A stretch of 59,137 bases of DNA from a virus (taxonomy: Duplodnaviria; Caudoviricetes), in IMG/VR virus record IMGVR_UViG_3300023179_000118, positions 1 through 59,137 of that record, one strand, 5' to 3'. The stretch's first letter is position 1, and the number at the start of each line of letters is the position of its first letter. The notes beneath the pieces are model-generated. The model did not search any database. It saw only the letters and a list, made by a program, of their open reading frames with translations, and was not told where the DNA came from. The translations under genes were made by a program, and so were the position numbers. Shown here piece after piece: positions 1 through 9,104 of the stretch.

Positions 1-136
1 TATCCTCCAAGAGAAATAGTTCCATCAACATGACCTGTCACATAAGTTTTTGCGGAGGCACCAAAGGTAGATGTCTCTGCGGTATCTACGCTGGTGGTCG
101 CACTCATATCATTGAAATAAGCAGAAAAGTCGTACT
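1..136 (+). repeat. Terminal direct repeat / assembly overlap, left copy
   Basis: 1-136 matches 59002-59137 except at positions 9 (a/g) and 135 (c/a). Confidence 0.97.
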
Positions 137-182
137 GGTCGACAAGTACGACTACACCTTTACCGTGTTTGAAAGTAGGCAT
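1..182 (-). CDS. 5' part of tail-tube-like protein spanning the circular junction (MPTFKHGKGVVVLVDQYDFSAYFNDM...)
   Basis: ATG at 182 overlaps the stop of 182..403 and reads in frame into ORF 58458..59108; N-terminus resembles MPTFRHGK of 58039..58455. Confidence 0.85.
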   Translation of the reverse strand, partial: MPTFKHGKGVVVLVDQYDFSAYFNDMSATTSVDTAETSTFGASAKTYVTGHVDGTISLGG

Positions 183-403
183 TATTCAGTCTCCACTTCT
201 GGCTCAGTTGCTTCTGGAACGGGAACTTCAACTGGCTTTGGCTCTTCTTTTGGAGTTGCTGAAGGCTTGCTGGCATCTTCAATAAAACCAGCCTCTAAAA
301 GCCATTTGATTGATTGGGGTGGTAAGTCCTCAACGACTTGACCAACTTCAGCGCGTTTGTTTGGTGGATAATCAATACCAGTAAGTACGCGATACTTAGC
401 CAT
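182..403 (-). CDS. Small hypothetical protein, first gene of the tail operon
   Basis: 73 aa, GGAAGAGG RBS, stop/start overlap with the tail gene. Confidence 0.7.
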   Translation of the reverse strand: MAKYRVLTGIDYPPNKRAEVGQVVEDLPPQSIKWLLEAGFIEDASKPSATPKEEPKPVEVPVPEATEPEVETE

Positions 404-520
404 CTAAACCTCTTCCCTAACGGCACATGGGTAGCCCCATATAACCGTCAGGGCGACTCGCGCACGAAGAAAGACGACAATGGGGCGACTAGCGCACAAT
501 GCGTCTAGTGTACCGCATCG

Positions 521-1678
521 TTATTTGGCGATTAAGGCTTTCTCTACTTTTTTGACTCGTGATACGAGCGTTGAGAAAGTTCCCTGATATTCGTCGGCTC
601 CCTTGATGGTTCCCTTGATAGTCAACTCCTCGCCAACTTCCGCATCGAAGGAGTAGCCCGAGTCAAACCATTTGACCTTGTAATCCCCAGACTCAAAGAC
701 CCACAACATTGAGATACCGAATGGGGTCTCGATGGCTTTCTTGGAGAGAACCGTAACCTGTATCTCCACACGCTCACCGACTGGAGCAATCTGCTCAGAC
801 TTGTAAACCTTGACGGTTTTTTGGTCTTGGCCTTCTAATTTTTGCTTGGCGATGATGGAAGAGACAAACACGCCTATCGTGCTGAAGGTCTGATAGGGAA
901 GAGACGCAACCGCTCGTAAGTTCTCGGCGTAGGCGCTGTCACCCTCGAAGGATTGAGCGAAGGCGACCAATTCTTGACCCTTGCTCAACTGTTGCTCGGT
1001 CAATGGGAAGGTGATTCCATAGCCTCGACGCAATAATTTTCCATATTGGCTATCGGGGTTAAGTATTTCTAGGACTTCGTACTTAGTCGAACCTTGTTCA
1101 CCGTGAGACTTGGCTGACTTGTAGCCACTTTTAGCGGTAGCGAGTAAGGCAACCGCAGCAACGGATACGGTGGAAGGCCAGCGTGGGGCGCTAGTGCCTC
1201 TGCCAATCTCTTCTAGGTTAGACCATTGAAGAAGTTGGCTAGGCACGAACTCCCAACCTAAGAAATCCTTGACGCATGAAGAGCCGACTTGCTTGATTTC
1301 GCCTGACTCATTCTTGACGAAAATATATTTTTTGCGGGAGCGTGAAGTCTGGCAGTGGTCGCAGTATCCAACTCGCACCTGGGAGGGCTTGACCTCTTCC
1401 GCTGAACCAATCCCTCGGGTTAAGACAACACCTTGCTCGACCTCGGCAACTGACAAGAATTCCCAACCAGAAAATTTGACTGGCTCACACTCTACTTGAA
1501 TGACTTTCCAGTAATACTCGATGCCCTCAGAACTTTTTTCTACAACATCTTGAACGCCAAGAATCTTGAAACCGCCTTCAAGACCTTTGGATGAACCGCG
1601 CTCTACAATTTTTTGAAATTTAACAAGGGTGGCCTCTAACTCAGATTCAGAGACCCTGAACTCTCTTACTTCTCTCAT
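521..1678 (-). CDS. Hypothetical early protein with CxxC...C metal motif and C-terminal OB-fold-like region
   Basis: 385 aa; CDHC and GSSCVKDFLG; own sigma70-like promoter and RBS. Confidence 0.7.
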   Translation of the reverse strand: MREVREFRVSESELEATLVKFQKIVERGSSKGLEGGFKILGVQDVVEKSSEGIEYYWKVIQVECEPVKFSGWEFLSVAEVEQGVVLTRGIGSAEEVKPSQVRVGYCDHCQTSRSRKKYIFVKNESGEIKQVGSSCVKDFLGWEFVPSQLLQWSNLEEIGRGTSAPRWPSTVSVAAVALLATAKSGYKSAKSHGEQGSTKYEVLEILNPDSQYGKLLRRGYGITFPLTEQQLSKGQELVAFAQSFEGDSAYAENLRAVASLPYQTFSTIGVFVSSIIAKQKLEGQDQKTVKVYKSEQIAPVGERVEIQVTVLSKKAIETPFGISMLWVFESGDYKVKWFDSGYSFDAEVGEELTIKGTIKGADEYQGTFSTLVSRVKKVEKALIAK

Positions 1679-1731
1679 GTTGCCCCCTCTCAGGACAACT
1701 TCATTGTATCAAACCCCAGTTAGATATTCAA
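1679..1731 (-). promoter_or_regulatory. Early-type promoter TTGAAT-N17-TACAAT with AACTGGGGTT spacer motif and SD hairpin
   Basis: Read directly; repeated architecture elsewhere in the genome. Confidence 0.8.
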
Positions 1732-1825
1732 GGGAGCGCCCTCACAGCAATTTGCCTTTTGGTGACAATTCGGACATAACCAGCGAGTCGCTATTGGAGA
1801 AAATTCTGCGCCACAGAAATCACAC

Positions 1826-2239
1826 TCAATCATCGCGCTTGCGTCGCTCTCTCTCCTCGCTAATCATGGCTAGGGTCAGGAAGTATCCAATGCCATCTAC
1901 TACCGTGTCAGGCTTGGTTCTGTGGGCTTCTCGGGCTATTTTCATCCCCACCATACATAGACTGACCTGTTCTGGGGATACCTCGCACCCGAGAATGACC
2001 TCCCATATCTTCGCTGCGCGAGCAAAATTATCCAAAGGATGCCCATACTGGGCTTGCCTATCCCCCGATACCAGAGAGGCTGCGTAACTGGCGATGTCGT
2101 AAGGGTCGGCTAAATTATCTGAAGGTCGCTGATTCCTGACTGGCTCACCAGGAATGTCAGAACTCCCGCCTGAGAAACTTCCCCCGTTGATTGCTCCCAC
2201 CATACGCTCCCTCCATCTAAAGCGGGGGCTTGAATCCAT
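1826..2239 (-). CDS. DUF6378-like protein (start uncertain, probably near 2110)
   Basis: Motif GDRQAQYGHPLDNF...KIAR...D..GY. Confidence 0.7.
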   Translation of the reverse strand: MDSSPRFRWRERMVGAINGGSFSGGSSDIPGEPVRNQRPSDNLADPYDIASYAASLVSGDRQAQYGHPLDNFARAAKIWEVILGCEVSPEQVSLCMVGMKIAREAHRTKPDTVVDGIGYFLTLAMISEERERRKRDD

Positions 2240-3360
2240 TTAACCCCGCCCCAATCCGCTAACTTCAAAGAATGATAATGACCCGTTACGAGAATGTCAC
2301 AATCTCCAATTTTTCTTCTGCCGAGCGTTTGGTCTGCTATCCACCGCTTCATTTTGGCTTCAGGGCCACCCGATGAACGCGCTAAGTGACCATGGGTAAT
2401 ACCAATAATTTTATTTTGGACTTCCAGCGTCAGGCTCAACTCATCTTTTGGGATAGCAAAACGAATATGTCCAAAAGCCTCTGGATTGGCTTGGAAGATT
2501 TCGGCCACTGATTCTACTAAAGCCACATCATCATTATCATTGAGCGTAGTAAATGCTTTGCCGTTCTTTCGATGCTCGCCATGATTTCCACCAACAACTG
2601 CGACGACAATATCGGGTACTAATTTTGACCAACGGATGAGAGCATCACGCAAAAGTCGACGAGCAACCTTTACTTGGTCACGCCTATCCAACTCAACAGT
2701 GAAGGTTTGAATGTCGTAATGACCATCGCACCCTTCAACTAAATCTCCCAAACACAAGACAACAATAGATTCGATGGGGCGACCTATCTTTTTCAACTCC
2801 TTGAATCGTATTTCCACATCATCAATCGCCTGAATCCATCTACCCACCAAGCCCTTTAATCCATCGCCATCTTTCTTTCCTACTTGCCAATCTGATGCGA
2901 CGACAACAAGGCTTGCTCCCGTGATGGTGGTATTGAAACTCTTCGCTTTATGTTTTTTAACATCCTTAATCATTTCCTCAATGTCATGTTGTTCTTTCGC
3001 TACCCGCCTGACTACTTTGCCTTTCCATTGGCGGTTCAAAGTTCCTGTGGTATCTCCCCACACATTGAAAAGAACAGGTTCGACAACTGAGAAATAATCT
3101 GGGTCTAATCCCCAGACTTTGAGAACTCCTGACCAATCGGGTTGGTTATCGCCCACCATTGGGGCTGTGGTAACAAAACCCTCGTTTCCATCCCAAGTGA
3201 CCCCTGGTGTCCACTCGGCCTGTCTCCTCTTAGGCTCAACTGGAGGGATAGGGTTATTCGCCGTTGATAATAAATTATCTAACGCATCATCAAGATTCAC
3301 TCGAACATCTACATCCTGACTTACCCGCCATGCGATTGCGGTGCCGTCGAATTGAATCAC
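2110..3360 (-). CDS. Calcineurin-like metallophosphoesterase
   Basis: SDWQ, LGDLVE, GNHG, THGH, GHYH motifs. Confidence 0.85.
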   Translation of the reverse strand: MIQFDGTAIAWRVSQDVDVRVNLDDALDNLLSTANNPIPPVEPKRRQAEWTPGVTWDGNEGFVTTAPMVGDNQPDWSGVLKVWGLDPDYFSVVEPVLFNVWGDTTGTLNRQWKGKVVRRVAKEQHDIEEMIKDVKKHKAKSFNTTITGASLVVVASDWQVGKKDGDGLKGLVGRWIQAIDDVEIRFKELKKIGRPIESIVVLCLGDLVEGCDGHYDIQTFTVELDRRDQVKVARRLLRDALIRWSKLVPDIVVAVVGGNHGEHRKNGKAFTTLNDNDDVALVESVAEIFQANPEAFGHIRFAIPKDELSLTLEVQNKIIGITHGHLARSSGGPEAKMKRWIADQTLGRRKIGDCDILVTGHYHSLKLADWGGVKWIQAPALDGGSVWWEQSTGEVSQAGVLTFLVSQSGISDLQII

Positions 3361-3673
3361 TGCTGATATTTACGCCCACCTTCATCAGCGCTGAACTGAT
3401 GGCTGGCAAAGAAACATTTGTATTACCCAAAATAGATTTTAATTTGTTTTGTAACTCTGGTTCGAGTGTTTCGAGGAAGTCTCCAACAATACATTTTGGT
3501 TGTTGGTTTGTTAATTCATCTAAATAAATACTCAACTCATCCAGATTTATTTTTTGACTTACATCGTGGACATCGGATACTCCAAGGTCGCGTTGCGCTT
3601 TCAAAGAGTAATCTGTCACATTTCCAACATCTTTGATATTCGTCTGTCGTCGCGTTCCTGCCATACGGGTCAA
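3290..3673 (-). CDS. Small hypothetical protein, possibly HTH-like with terminal CxC (start uncertain)
   Basis: SIRRHR...CRC C-terminus; overlaps the phosphoesterase start. Confidence 0.5.
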   Translation of the reverse strand: MTRMAGTRRQTNIKDVGNVTDYSLKAQRDLGVSDVHDVSQKINLDELSIYLDELTNQQPKCIVGDFLETLEPELQNKLKSILGNTNVSLPAISSALMKVGVNISSDSIRRHRNRMAGKSGCRCSSES

Positions 3674-3725
3674 CCACTCTCTCTTGGGGAGCCTTTGGCT
3701 CCGAGTCTATCTCCTCACTAGACAT
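3537..3725 (-). CDS. Com-like zinc-ribbon protein
   Basis: RCWKCDRLLF...IRCPRCKSKN resembles the Mu Com zinc ribbon. Confidence 0.7.
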   Translation of the reverse strand: MSSEEIDSEPKAPQERVVDPYGRNATTDEYQRCWKCDRLLFESATRPWSIRCPRCKSKNKSG

Positions 3726-4108
3726 CGGAAATTCACCGATACCAATGGTCGATACTTGCCGTCGACCCCAAGTGGGTTTACCCCGCCCATAGGTTCGATA
3801 CGCATAATATGAACCGAACTGATTGTAGATTCAAGTACCGACGCGAGCGTGTTGCGGATATTTTCTGCTTTGTCTCGGGCGGTTGGATAATCCTCTCGAC
3901 CAGCGCGACAGAGAACTTGAATCATGGGAGAGTCTATGACAATTCCCCCAGAACCCATAGTGAATCGTGGTGGACTTCCAGCCGACTCATACACCGCTAC
4001 GCAGGTATCGGGAGTCTCTGGCATAGTGCCAAGAAAGATATTGGTTCCTAGGGTGCCGTAACTATTGGTCACTAAATAGTCGCCCATCGACTCCAAGATT
4101 GTTGCCAA
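3707..4108 (-). CDS. Tail terminator / minor capsid-type completion protein
   Basis: 133 aa; last gene of the neck cluster; PxxQVLCR and D..RP..SVNF motifs. Confidence 0.7.
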   Translation of the reverse strand: MATILESMGDYLVTNSYGTLGTNIFLGTMPETPDTCVAVYESAGSPPRFTMGSGGIVIDSPMIQVLCRAGREDYPTARDKAENIRNTLASVLESTISSVHIMRIEPMGGVNPLGVDGKYRPLVSVNFRCLVRR

Positions 4109-4109
4109 C

Positions 4110-4508
4110 TCACACCCCCGTATTGATGATGTCGATAATTCTACGCGCTAGGTTTTTTTCGATTTCTGGCAACCTTGCCATGAGTGGGGCTTCGAGGAAT
4201 TTTGCCTGGGTTGGTGCCTCGTGGTAATTGTCCAACATTTCATGGACATAAAGAGCATAAGGGGCAGCAGGGCCACCATAGAAAATATCAACTGCGACAC
4301 CCGAAGGTGTTGACTGGGGAGCGGAAACTCCACCTGAACCCCGAAGCGCACCCGTATCGACGGGAACGAGAACCTGCGACTGATTGAAAATAGTTGTTGC
4401 TTCTTCATAAATTGCTTGACCGATTGCGTGGCCAGACCTTGCGCCCGCCCGCATGAGCGTCTGGCGAAGTTCTTCTGCTCCCTCAATCTCAAAGCGGTAA
4501 ACAGCCAT
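4110..4508 (-). CDS. HK97 gp10-like neck protein
   Basis: VPVDTGALRGS, YALYVHE, AKFLE motifs. Confidence 0.8.
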   Translation of the reverse strand: MAVYRFEIEGAEELRQTLMRAGARSGHAIGQAIYEEATTIFNQSQVLVPVDTGALRGSGGVSAPQSTPSGVAVDIFYGGPAAPYALYVHEMLDNYHEAPTQAKFLEAPLMARLPEIEKNLARRIIDIINTGV

Positions 4509-4840
4509 TATCTTCCAAACTTGATGACGGTGTGATGCGCCCCGTTTTCATCCGCGATGTTATCTACCGCGTTGATATTGAAAGTTTCTGCCCCAACTAC
4601 CATTTTGTGATTTGTCGTAATTGCCGTTTGTGGGCCATAAGTAACGAATCTGCCAATGTTTGTTACTTCAATACCCTGAGCATCAACCGCCTTAACCGTA
4701 TCGTAAATAAGACGACCAGTTGCCGTGGTGACTGCTGCTGAATAGGTGGGCTTGTTATATTTATCAACTGATGAACGGGCATAAAAACTGACCGTATCGG
4801 TCATAAAATCTTGAACTTTGGTGTAGATAGCATCCGCCAT
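4508..4840 (-). CDS. Head-tail stopper/adaptor
   Basis: 110 aa beta-rich; position in the neck cluster. Confidence 0.65.
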   Translation of the reverse strand: MADAIYTKVQDFMTDTVSFYARSSVDKYNKPTYSAAVTTATGRLIYDTVKAVDAQGIEVTNIGRFVTYGPQTAITTNHKMVVGAETFNINAVDNIADENGAHHTVIKFGR

Positions 4841-4848
4841 ATCTACAC

Positions 4849-5295
4849 CTACTCGACTATACGCTTGTCATACACATTATTAGGGTTATCGTGAATCCCC
4901 GTGTAGAAGTCTGTGTTGTAATCATCGATGATTCGGTCATCGGTTGATTTAAGAGCCTGAGCGTTCGCCCAAGGTGTCGGGGGAGTCTTTCTCATCCGAC
5001 GAGCAAGAAACGAATTGGCCAAGTCTTGATACTGTCGAGCCTTTGCGGTGTACGACTCAGAAACGGAAATATCTCCCACGCTCTTTGAGGTGGAATCGGC
5101 TAATCTATTAAACCGAGATACCAAGGTCTCACAAGCAGCGCGAGCAATCTCATAGGTATTCGTTCCCCATTCAGAGATAAGGTAATTCAACTCTTCGTCA
5201 GAGAAAAGCGCATCCGTGGAATCGGTGTCATTGATGAGAAAACGCACCGCGTTCCGAGTTGAGGTACTGGGGTCTCCCGAATAGGTGAAAGTCAT
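4849..5295 (-). CDS. Head-to-tail connector (adaptor)
   Basis: VRFLINDTD...LFSDEEL, SVGDISVS motifs; synteny. Confidence 0.7.
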   Translation of the reverse strand: MTFTYSGDPSTSTRNAVRFLINDTDSTDALFSDEELNYLISEWGTNTYEIARAACETLVSRFNRLADSTSKSVGDISVSESYTAKARQYQDLANSFLARRMRKTPPTPWANAQALKSTDDRIIDDYNTDFYTGIHDNPNNVYDKRIVE

Positions 5296-5507
5296 TACAT
5301 TCCACCAAGCATAAAGTTGACCACTCTGACTTTATCCTCGGTTGCTGCGGAGGTAAGGGTGGCATAGGTACTGGCAGCGCTCGCCGTCGTCAAATAGTCA
5401 TTCAACTCAGAATCCACATCATCCGCAAGATTTTTAATATCGGTATGAACGGCGGGATTATCCCCTGCGGTTGGGTATCTTAAACCTTTACTCGTTGTTC
5501 CCGCCAT
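5295..5507 (-). CDS. Small virion fibre-associated protein
   Basis: GLRYP...D...LADDVD motif typical of actinophage fibre N-termini; C-terminal FMLGGM. Confidence 0.55.
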   Translation of the reverse strand: MAGTTSKGLRYPTAGDNPAVHTDIKNLADDVDSELNDYLTTASAASTYATLTSAATEDKVRVVNFMLGGM

Positions 5508-5856
5508 TATTCACTTCCTCTGCGATTTCTTTTATTGTTGGCTGTGTTCGATAAGCAAAATACTTCTCCCACATTTGAGGGGTTTTATCACGAATTTCTC
5601 GATAAACATTTTTTTCATATTCTGTCTCATCTCCATCATATTCTTGATATTGATAAGAGCGCACCCATTTACCATCAATGATTGTTAAATGCTCGTGAAT
5701 ACTGAAACCTTTTTTTGCCTCTGGATACGGAGCGGATTCATCAACTAATTCCCAACCTTCAGGTAATGGGTCTCCTTCTTTCCATAGAGGAAATTCATTT
5801 AATAGGTCGCCCAGATAGCGAGGATAATCTACTTGGTTAACAATAAAAAGTGTCAT
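5488..5856 (-). CDS. Hypothetical protein, possible fibre assembly chaperone
   Basis: YPRY.GD motif; follows the receptor-binding-like genes. Confidence 0.55.
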   Translation of the reverse strand: MTLFIVNQVDYPRYLGDLLNEFPLWKEGDPLPEGWELVDESAPYPEAKKGFSIHEHLTIIDGKWVRSYQYQEYDGDETEYEKNVYREIRDKTPQMWEKYFAYRTQPTIKEIAEEVNNGGNNE

Positions 5857-7301
5857 ATTTTTATCTGCTCTGTTGTATAAGTTGGCGCGGTTGCTTCTTT
5901 ACTATAATTTGTTGTGCTTCCAAAACTAATTCCAGGCGAAGTAAAAACAGAGTAATTTCTGGAACTTACAGTTGTTGTTGGTGAACCTACCGTAAAAGAA
6001 CCAGCCCTTATTTCTAAAACTATTTCTTCATTTGTATTATTACTTGGAGTAAAACGGTATGTTCCAGTTGGCCCACTTGTGTCATAATTCACAGTAAAAC
6101 CTATCGAATCTGTTTCTCCACCAAGAATCAAATTTTTGTTGGCATCAAGTTTAACATTCCAAAAATAAGTCTCTCTTCCAAAAAAAACAAATTCTCTTTG
6201 CCAAACAAGCGTCATTGTAGATGCTACAAATTTAGCAACAAAAGCACATGATACGGCGCTAGAAACATTGTAACTAGGCCCATATCCACAAAGATAAACA
6301 AAGTCGTTTGTTTGGTCATATACAGTGCCATATCCATAAGTAGGGGATGCTGATTTGTATAGAATTCTTGTTGTTGGTGCCGTTGTTAAAGCACTCGCAT
6401 CGTGTTTTGATAGGAAAGCGCTATTTTGACCCGCTCCCGTATTGCTACCTCCTGCTGAAAAAATTGTTGTTCCCGATGTGGGGCTTGCCATAGATGTAGC
6501 ATAACTATTTCCATATTCGAACATATCAGCGACGGCCCCTCCTCCCATACCACCCGAGACGGCTCCATAAATTCTATTGCCGATATCATGTTGGCCTCCC
6601 CAGATAAGTGCGTTTGTTGCTCCAGGGGCGTATGCTGCGGCATAAGGAAGTGTTCCATTGTTAGAACTTATGTTTACATAAAAATATGCTGATTGTGAAA
6701 CAGAAAGTGTTGTGCCAAATCGAAATATCAGACCAGTTTGTGCGGAGATACTAGTACGATACATAGTAGCAACGACTGTTGGCCCAGTTCCCGAACCTTC
6801 ATAGATTATATCTGTCGGGCCACCACTAGAATAAGTAGAACTGATGTTACCCGTTGTCGCTTGATATGCGATATTGCCAGTAGATTTAGTTATTTTAAGA
6901 ATATCAAAAGACCCCTGCGTTGAGTCTCGGAAAGTCATATCAACTTCTGTTGAATTAGGAATACCTAACCTAACATATTGTATGCTATGACTGCCCGCTC
7001 TTGTATAACCATAACGAGTGGATACATTCGTTACAGGATTAAATTCAGTCCACCATGGTGATGTATTGGAATACGCATTTGTCGATGCTCCCATAACAAT
7101 CGAATTATTTGTTGATGCTCCAATATACAATGCTATTACAGAACTACTAGAATTTCTTCCCGACTCAAACCAAAAAGTCACATAGTCGCTACCAAATTTT
7201 TGAGGCTTGCTCTTTAATTCAAGCGTAGAATTATCACGGGTCATCCAACGCGATACTTGGGTTGATGTTAAGTTTGGTCGAAGAGTTGCTAATTTAATCA
7301 T
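5853..7301 (-). CDS. Putative beta-propeller receptor-binding/fibre protein
   Basis: 482 aa S/T/G-rich; D.TNDFVYLCG and VWQR blade-like motifs; AT-rich DNA. Confidence 0.6.
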   Translation of the reverse strand: MIKLATLRPNLTSTQVSRWMTRDNSTLELKSKPQKFGSDYVTFWFESGRNSSSSVIALYIGASTNNSIVMGASTNAYSNTSPWWTEFNPVTNVSTRYGYTRAGSHSIQYVRLGIPNSTEVDMTFRDSTQGSFDILKITKSTGNIAYQATTGNISSTYSSGGPTDIIYEGSGTGPTVVATMYRTSISAQTGLIFRFGTTLSVSQSAYFYVNISSNNGTLPYAAAYAPGATNALIWGGQHDIGNRIYGAVSGGMGGGAVADMFEYGNSYATSMASPTSGTTIFSAGGSNTGAGQNSAFLSKHDASALTTAPTTRILYKSASPTYGYGTVYDQTNDFVYLCGYGPSYNVSSAVSCAFVAKFVASTMTLVWQREFVFFGRETYFWNVKLDANKNLILGGETDSIGFTVNYDTSGPTGTYRFTPSNNTNEEIVLEIRAGSFTVGSPTTTVSSRNYSVFTSPGISFGSTTNYSKEATAPTYTTEQIKI

Positions 7302-8722
7302 ATTCTGACCACCCTATTGATGCTTCCAGTTGTTTGACTATTATTAGTATATGTAGGAGTCGACGCAGAAGCAGATGGGGTAGAGGCAGTTTGAACTGCT
7401 GCTGTGCTTGATGTAGATGTCGTGCTGGTGCTAGCAGTAAGACTTTCTTCACCAATGTATAAAGAGTATTCTCTTCCAGTTAAGGGATGTGTTAATACCG
7501 TTTTATCTGTTCTTGATACTTTGCCATCAAGGGGTATGGCGACTACCCAAGGATTAGTAAACGCATAACCAGTTATCCACAGGTGGGTACTTGTAATTTT
7601 TGATTTTGTTCCGCCGACGTTACTTTCGCTGGCTGTTGCGATATATCGAGTCCACATCAGAGAACCATCAGAAGAATTTATTTTAGCCACAAAAGTGTGT
7701 GTTCCTCCTGTGCTATATCTATAACTTTTGGCAATGTTCGCAGCGTTTGTTCCTGTGTTTGTTGTGTAACCAACAACATATAAATTATTACTTGAATCTA
7801 TAACCATTGACCGAGGATACCAAGGCTGGCTTGAATTACCATTATCATATTTTACTTTCCATTGAACCGTTCCCGAAGAATTAGTTTTTACAACCATAAA
7901 TCCTTTATTAGCATTTGTTGTGGCATCGCTTATGTAGTTCGCCATATAAACATTGCTAGAACTATCTACACAAAGTCTTTGTCCTGTTGAATGATAGCCA
8001 TTCAATATAGATAAATACCACTGACGGGTTCCTGAAGAATTTACTTTGATGATGTCGATAGTCGGCGTTCCAGATGTTTTGGTACAAGCCCAAATAACAT
8101 TCGTGCCATCAAATATGGCGCTTTGAGGATATGAAGTATTACCTGAAACTGGGTCTTGTTGATAATTTTCCCAAACTATACTGTGAGAATGACTGTAAAC
8201 CCCAACACCACTAAAATAAGTAGCGGTATTGTTGTTATATCCAGAAAATGCTTTTACATAATTTGTAGAATTTGTTTCAATTTGATAGCCATAGTTTCCT
8301 GACGCACCATGTCGATATTTATATTGTGAGACAATGGCACCAGTAGAGCCTGAAAGCCGTACAATCGAAGTATCTGTAGTTGTATCATCTGTGCCAACAA
8401 CAAAAACTTCATCTGAAGATGGCTCATATTTCATAGTGCTAATAGAGAAACCAGAAAGTCCTCTACTCCATACAATTCCCGTTGGGGTAAATTTGATAAC
8501 TTCCTGATTTGGAGATGAATTGCTCCATATAAAAATGTTGCCCGATGAATCTGTATCTATACCTTGGGCATAATTATTATATGAAGTATTTTGTCCGTGT
8601 ATGCCAATAATATATCCATCATTATGAAATGCTGTTTTTTGACTTGGCACGACAAGATTTCCACCAACTTGTATACTCGCGTTGGCAGAACTCAGGAGTC
8701 CGTGTTTTCCTACTTGAAACAC
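7298..8722 (-). CDS. Putative beta-propeller receptor-binding/fibre protein
   Basis: Repeated DSSxN[IVL][FY] and K.NSSGT.QW blade motifs. Confidence 0.7.
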   Translation of the reverse strand: MFQVGKHGLLSSANASIQVGGNLVVPSQKTAFHNDGYIIGIHGQNTSYNNYAQGIDTDSSGNIFIWSNSSPNQEVIKFTPTGIVWSRGLSGFSISTMKYEPSSDEVFVVGTDDTTTDTSIVRLSGSTGAIVSQYKYRHGASGNYGYQIETNSTNYVKAFSGYNNNTATYFSGVGVYSHSHSIVWENYQQDPVSGNTSYPQSAIFDGTNVIWACTKTSGTPTIDIIKVNSSGTRQWYLSILNGYHSTGQRLCVDSSSNVYMANYISDATTNANKGFMVVKTNSSGTVQWKVKYDNGNSSQPWYPRSMVIDSSNNLYVVGYTTNTGTNAANIAKSYRYSTGGTHTFVAKINSSDGSLMWTRYIATASESNVGGTKSKITSTHLWITGYAFTNPWVVAIPLDGKVSRTDKTVLTHPLTGREYSLYIGEESLTASTSTTSTSSTAAVQTASTPSASASTPTYTNNSQTTGSINRVVRI

Positions 8723-8735
8723 CGTGATTCTCCTC

Positions 8736-9095
8736 TTATGTAGTCGCTACGCGGTTTACATATCCGTGAATAGTAACAACATTTGTAGTACCCGCATAAG
8801 CAGCAAGCACTAAAGAGTTCCGAAGAACTAGGTCTGGTACCACTAAGGTCAATCCGCTTGTTGCTGGAATGGATAATTTAATATCATCATCAGGCGTTGA
8901 GGTTCCACCCCACTGAAGCGTTAGGTTTACTGCTGATGCTGAAGAATTATAGGCATATACCGTGATGACATCGCAATCTGATGTGCTAGATGTCGCAGTA
9001 TGGATGGTAGTTCCCGTTGAAGCCGTAGCAACAACCTTAATTCCTCGACCATGAGTTGAACCCGATAGTGGGATTCGGCTTACTGTTGTTGGCAT
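8736..9095 (-). CDS. Fibre adaptor-like virion protein
   Basis: 119 aa beta-rich; loosely similar to 10106..10435. Confidence 0.6.
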   Translation of the reverse strand: MPTTVSRIPLSGSTHGRGIKVVATASTGTTIHTATSSTSDCDVITVYAYNSSASAVNLTLQWGGTSTPDDDIKLSIPATSGLTLVVPDLVLRNSLVLAAYAGTTNVVTIHGYVNRVATT

Positions 9096-9104
9096 TATTT
9101 CTCC

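Noticed and set aside
1-136. Physical terminal repeat of the virion DNA
   Set aside because: It falls mid-gene and is read-overlap sized; an assembly circularisation overlap is more likely.
30-341. Plus-strand 103-aa ORF
   Set aside because: Antisense shadow of two well-supported minus-strand genes.
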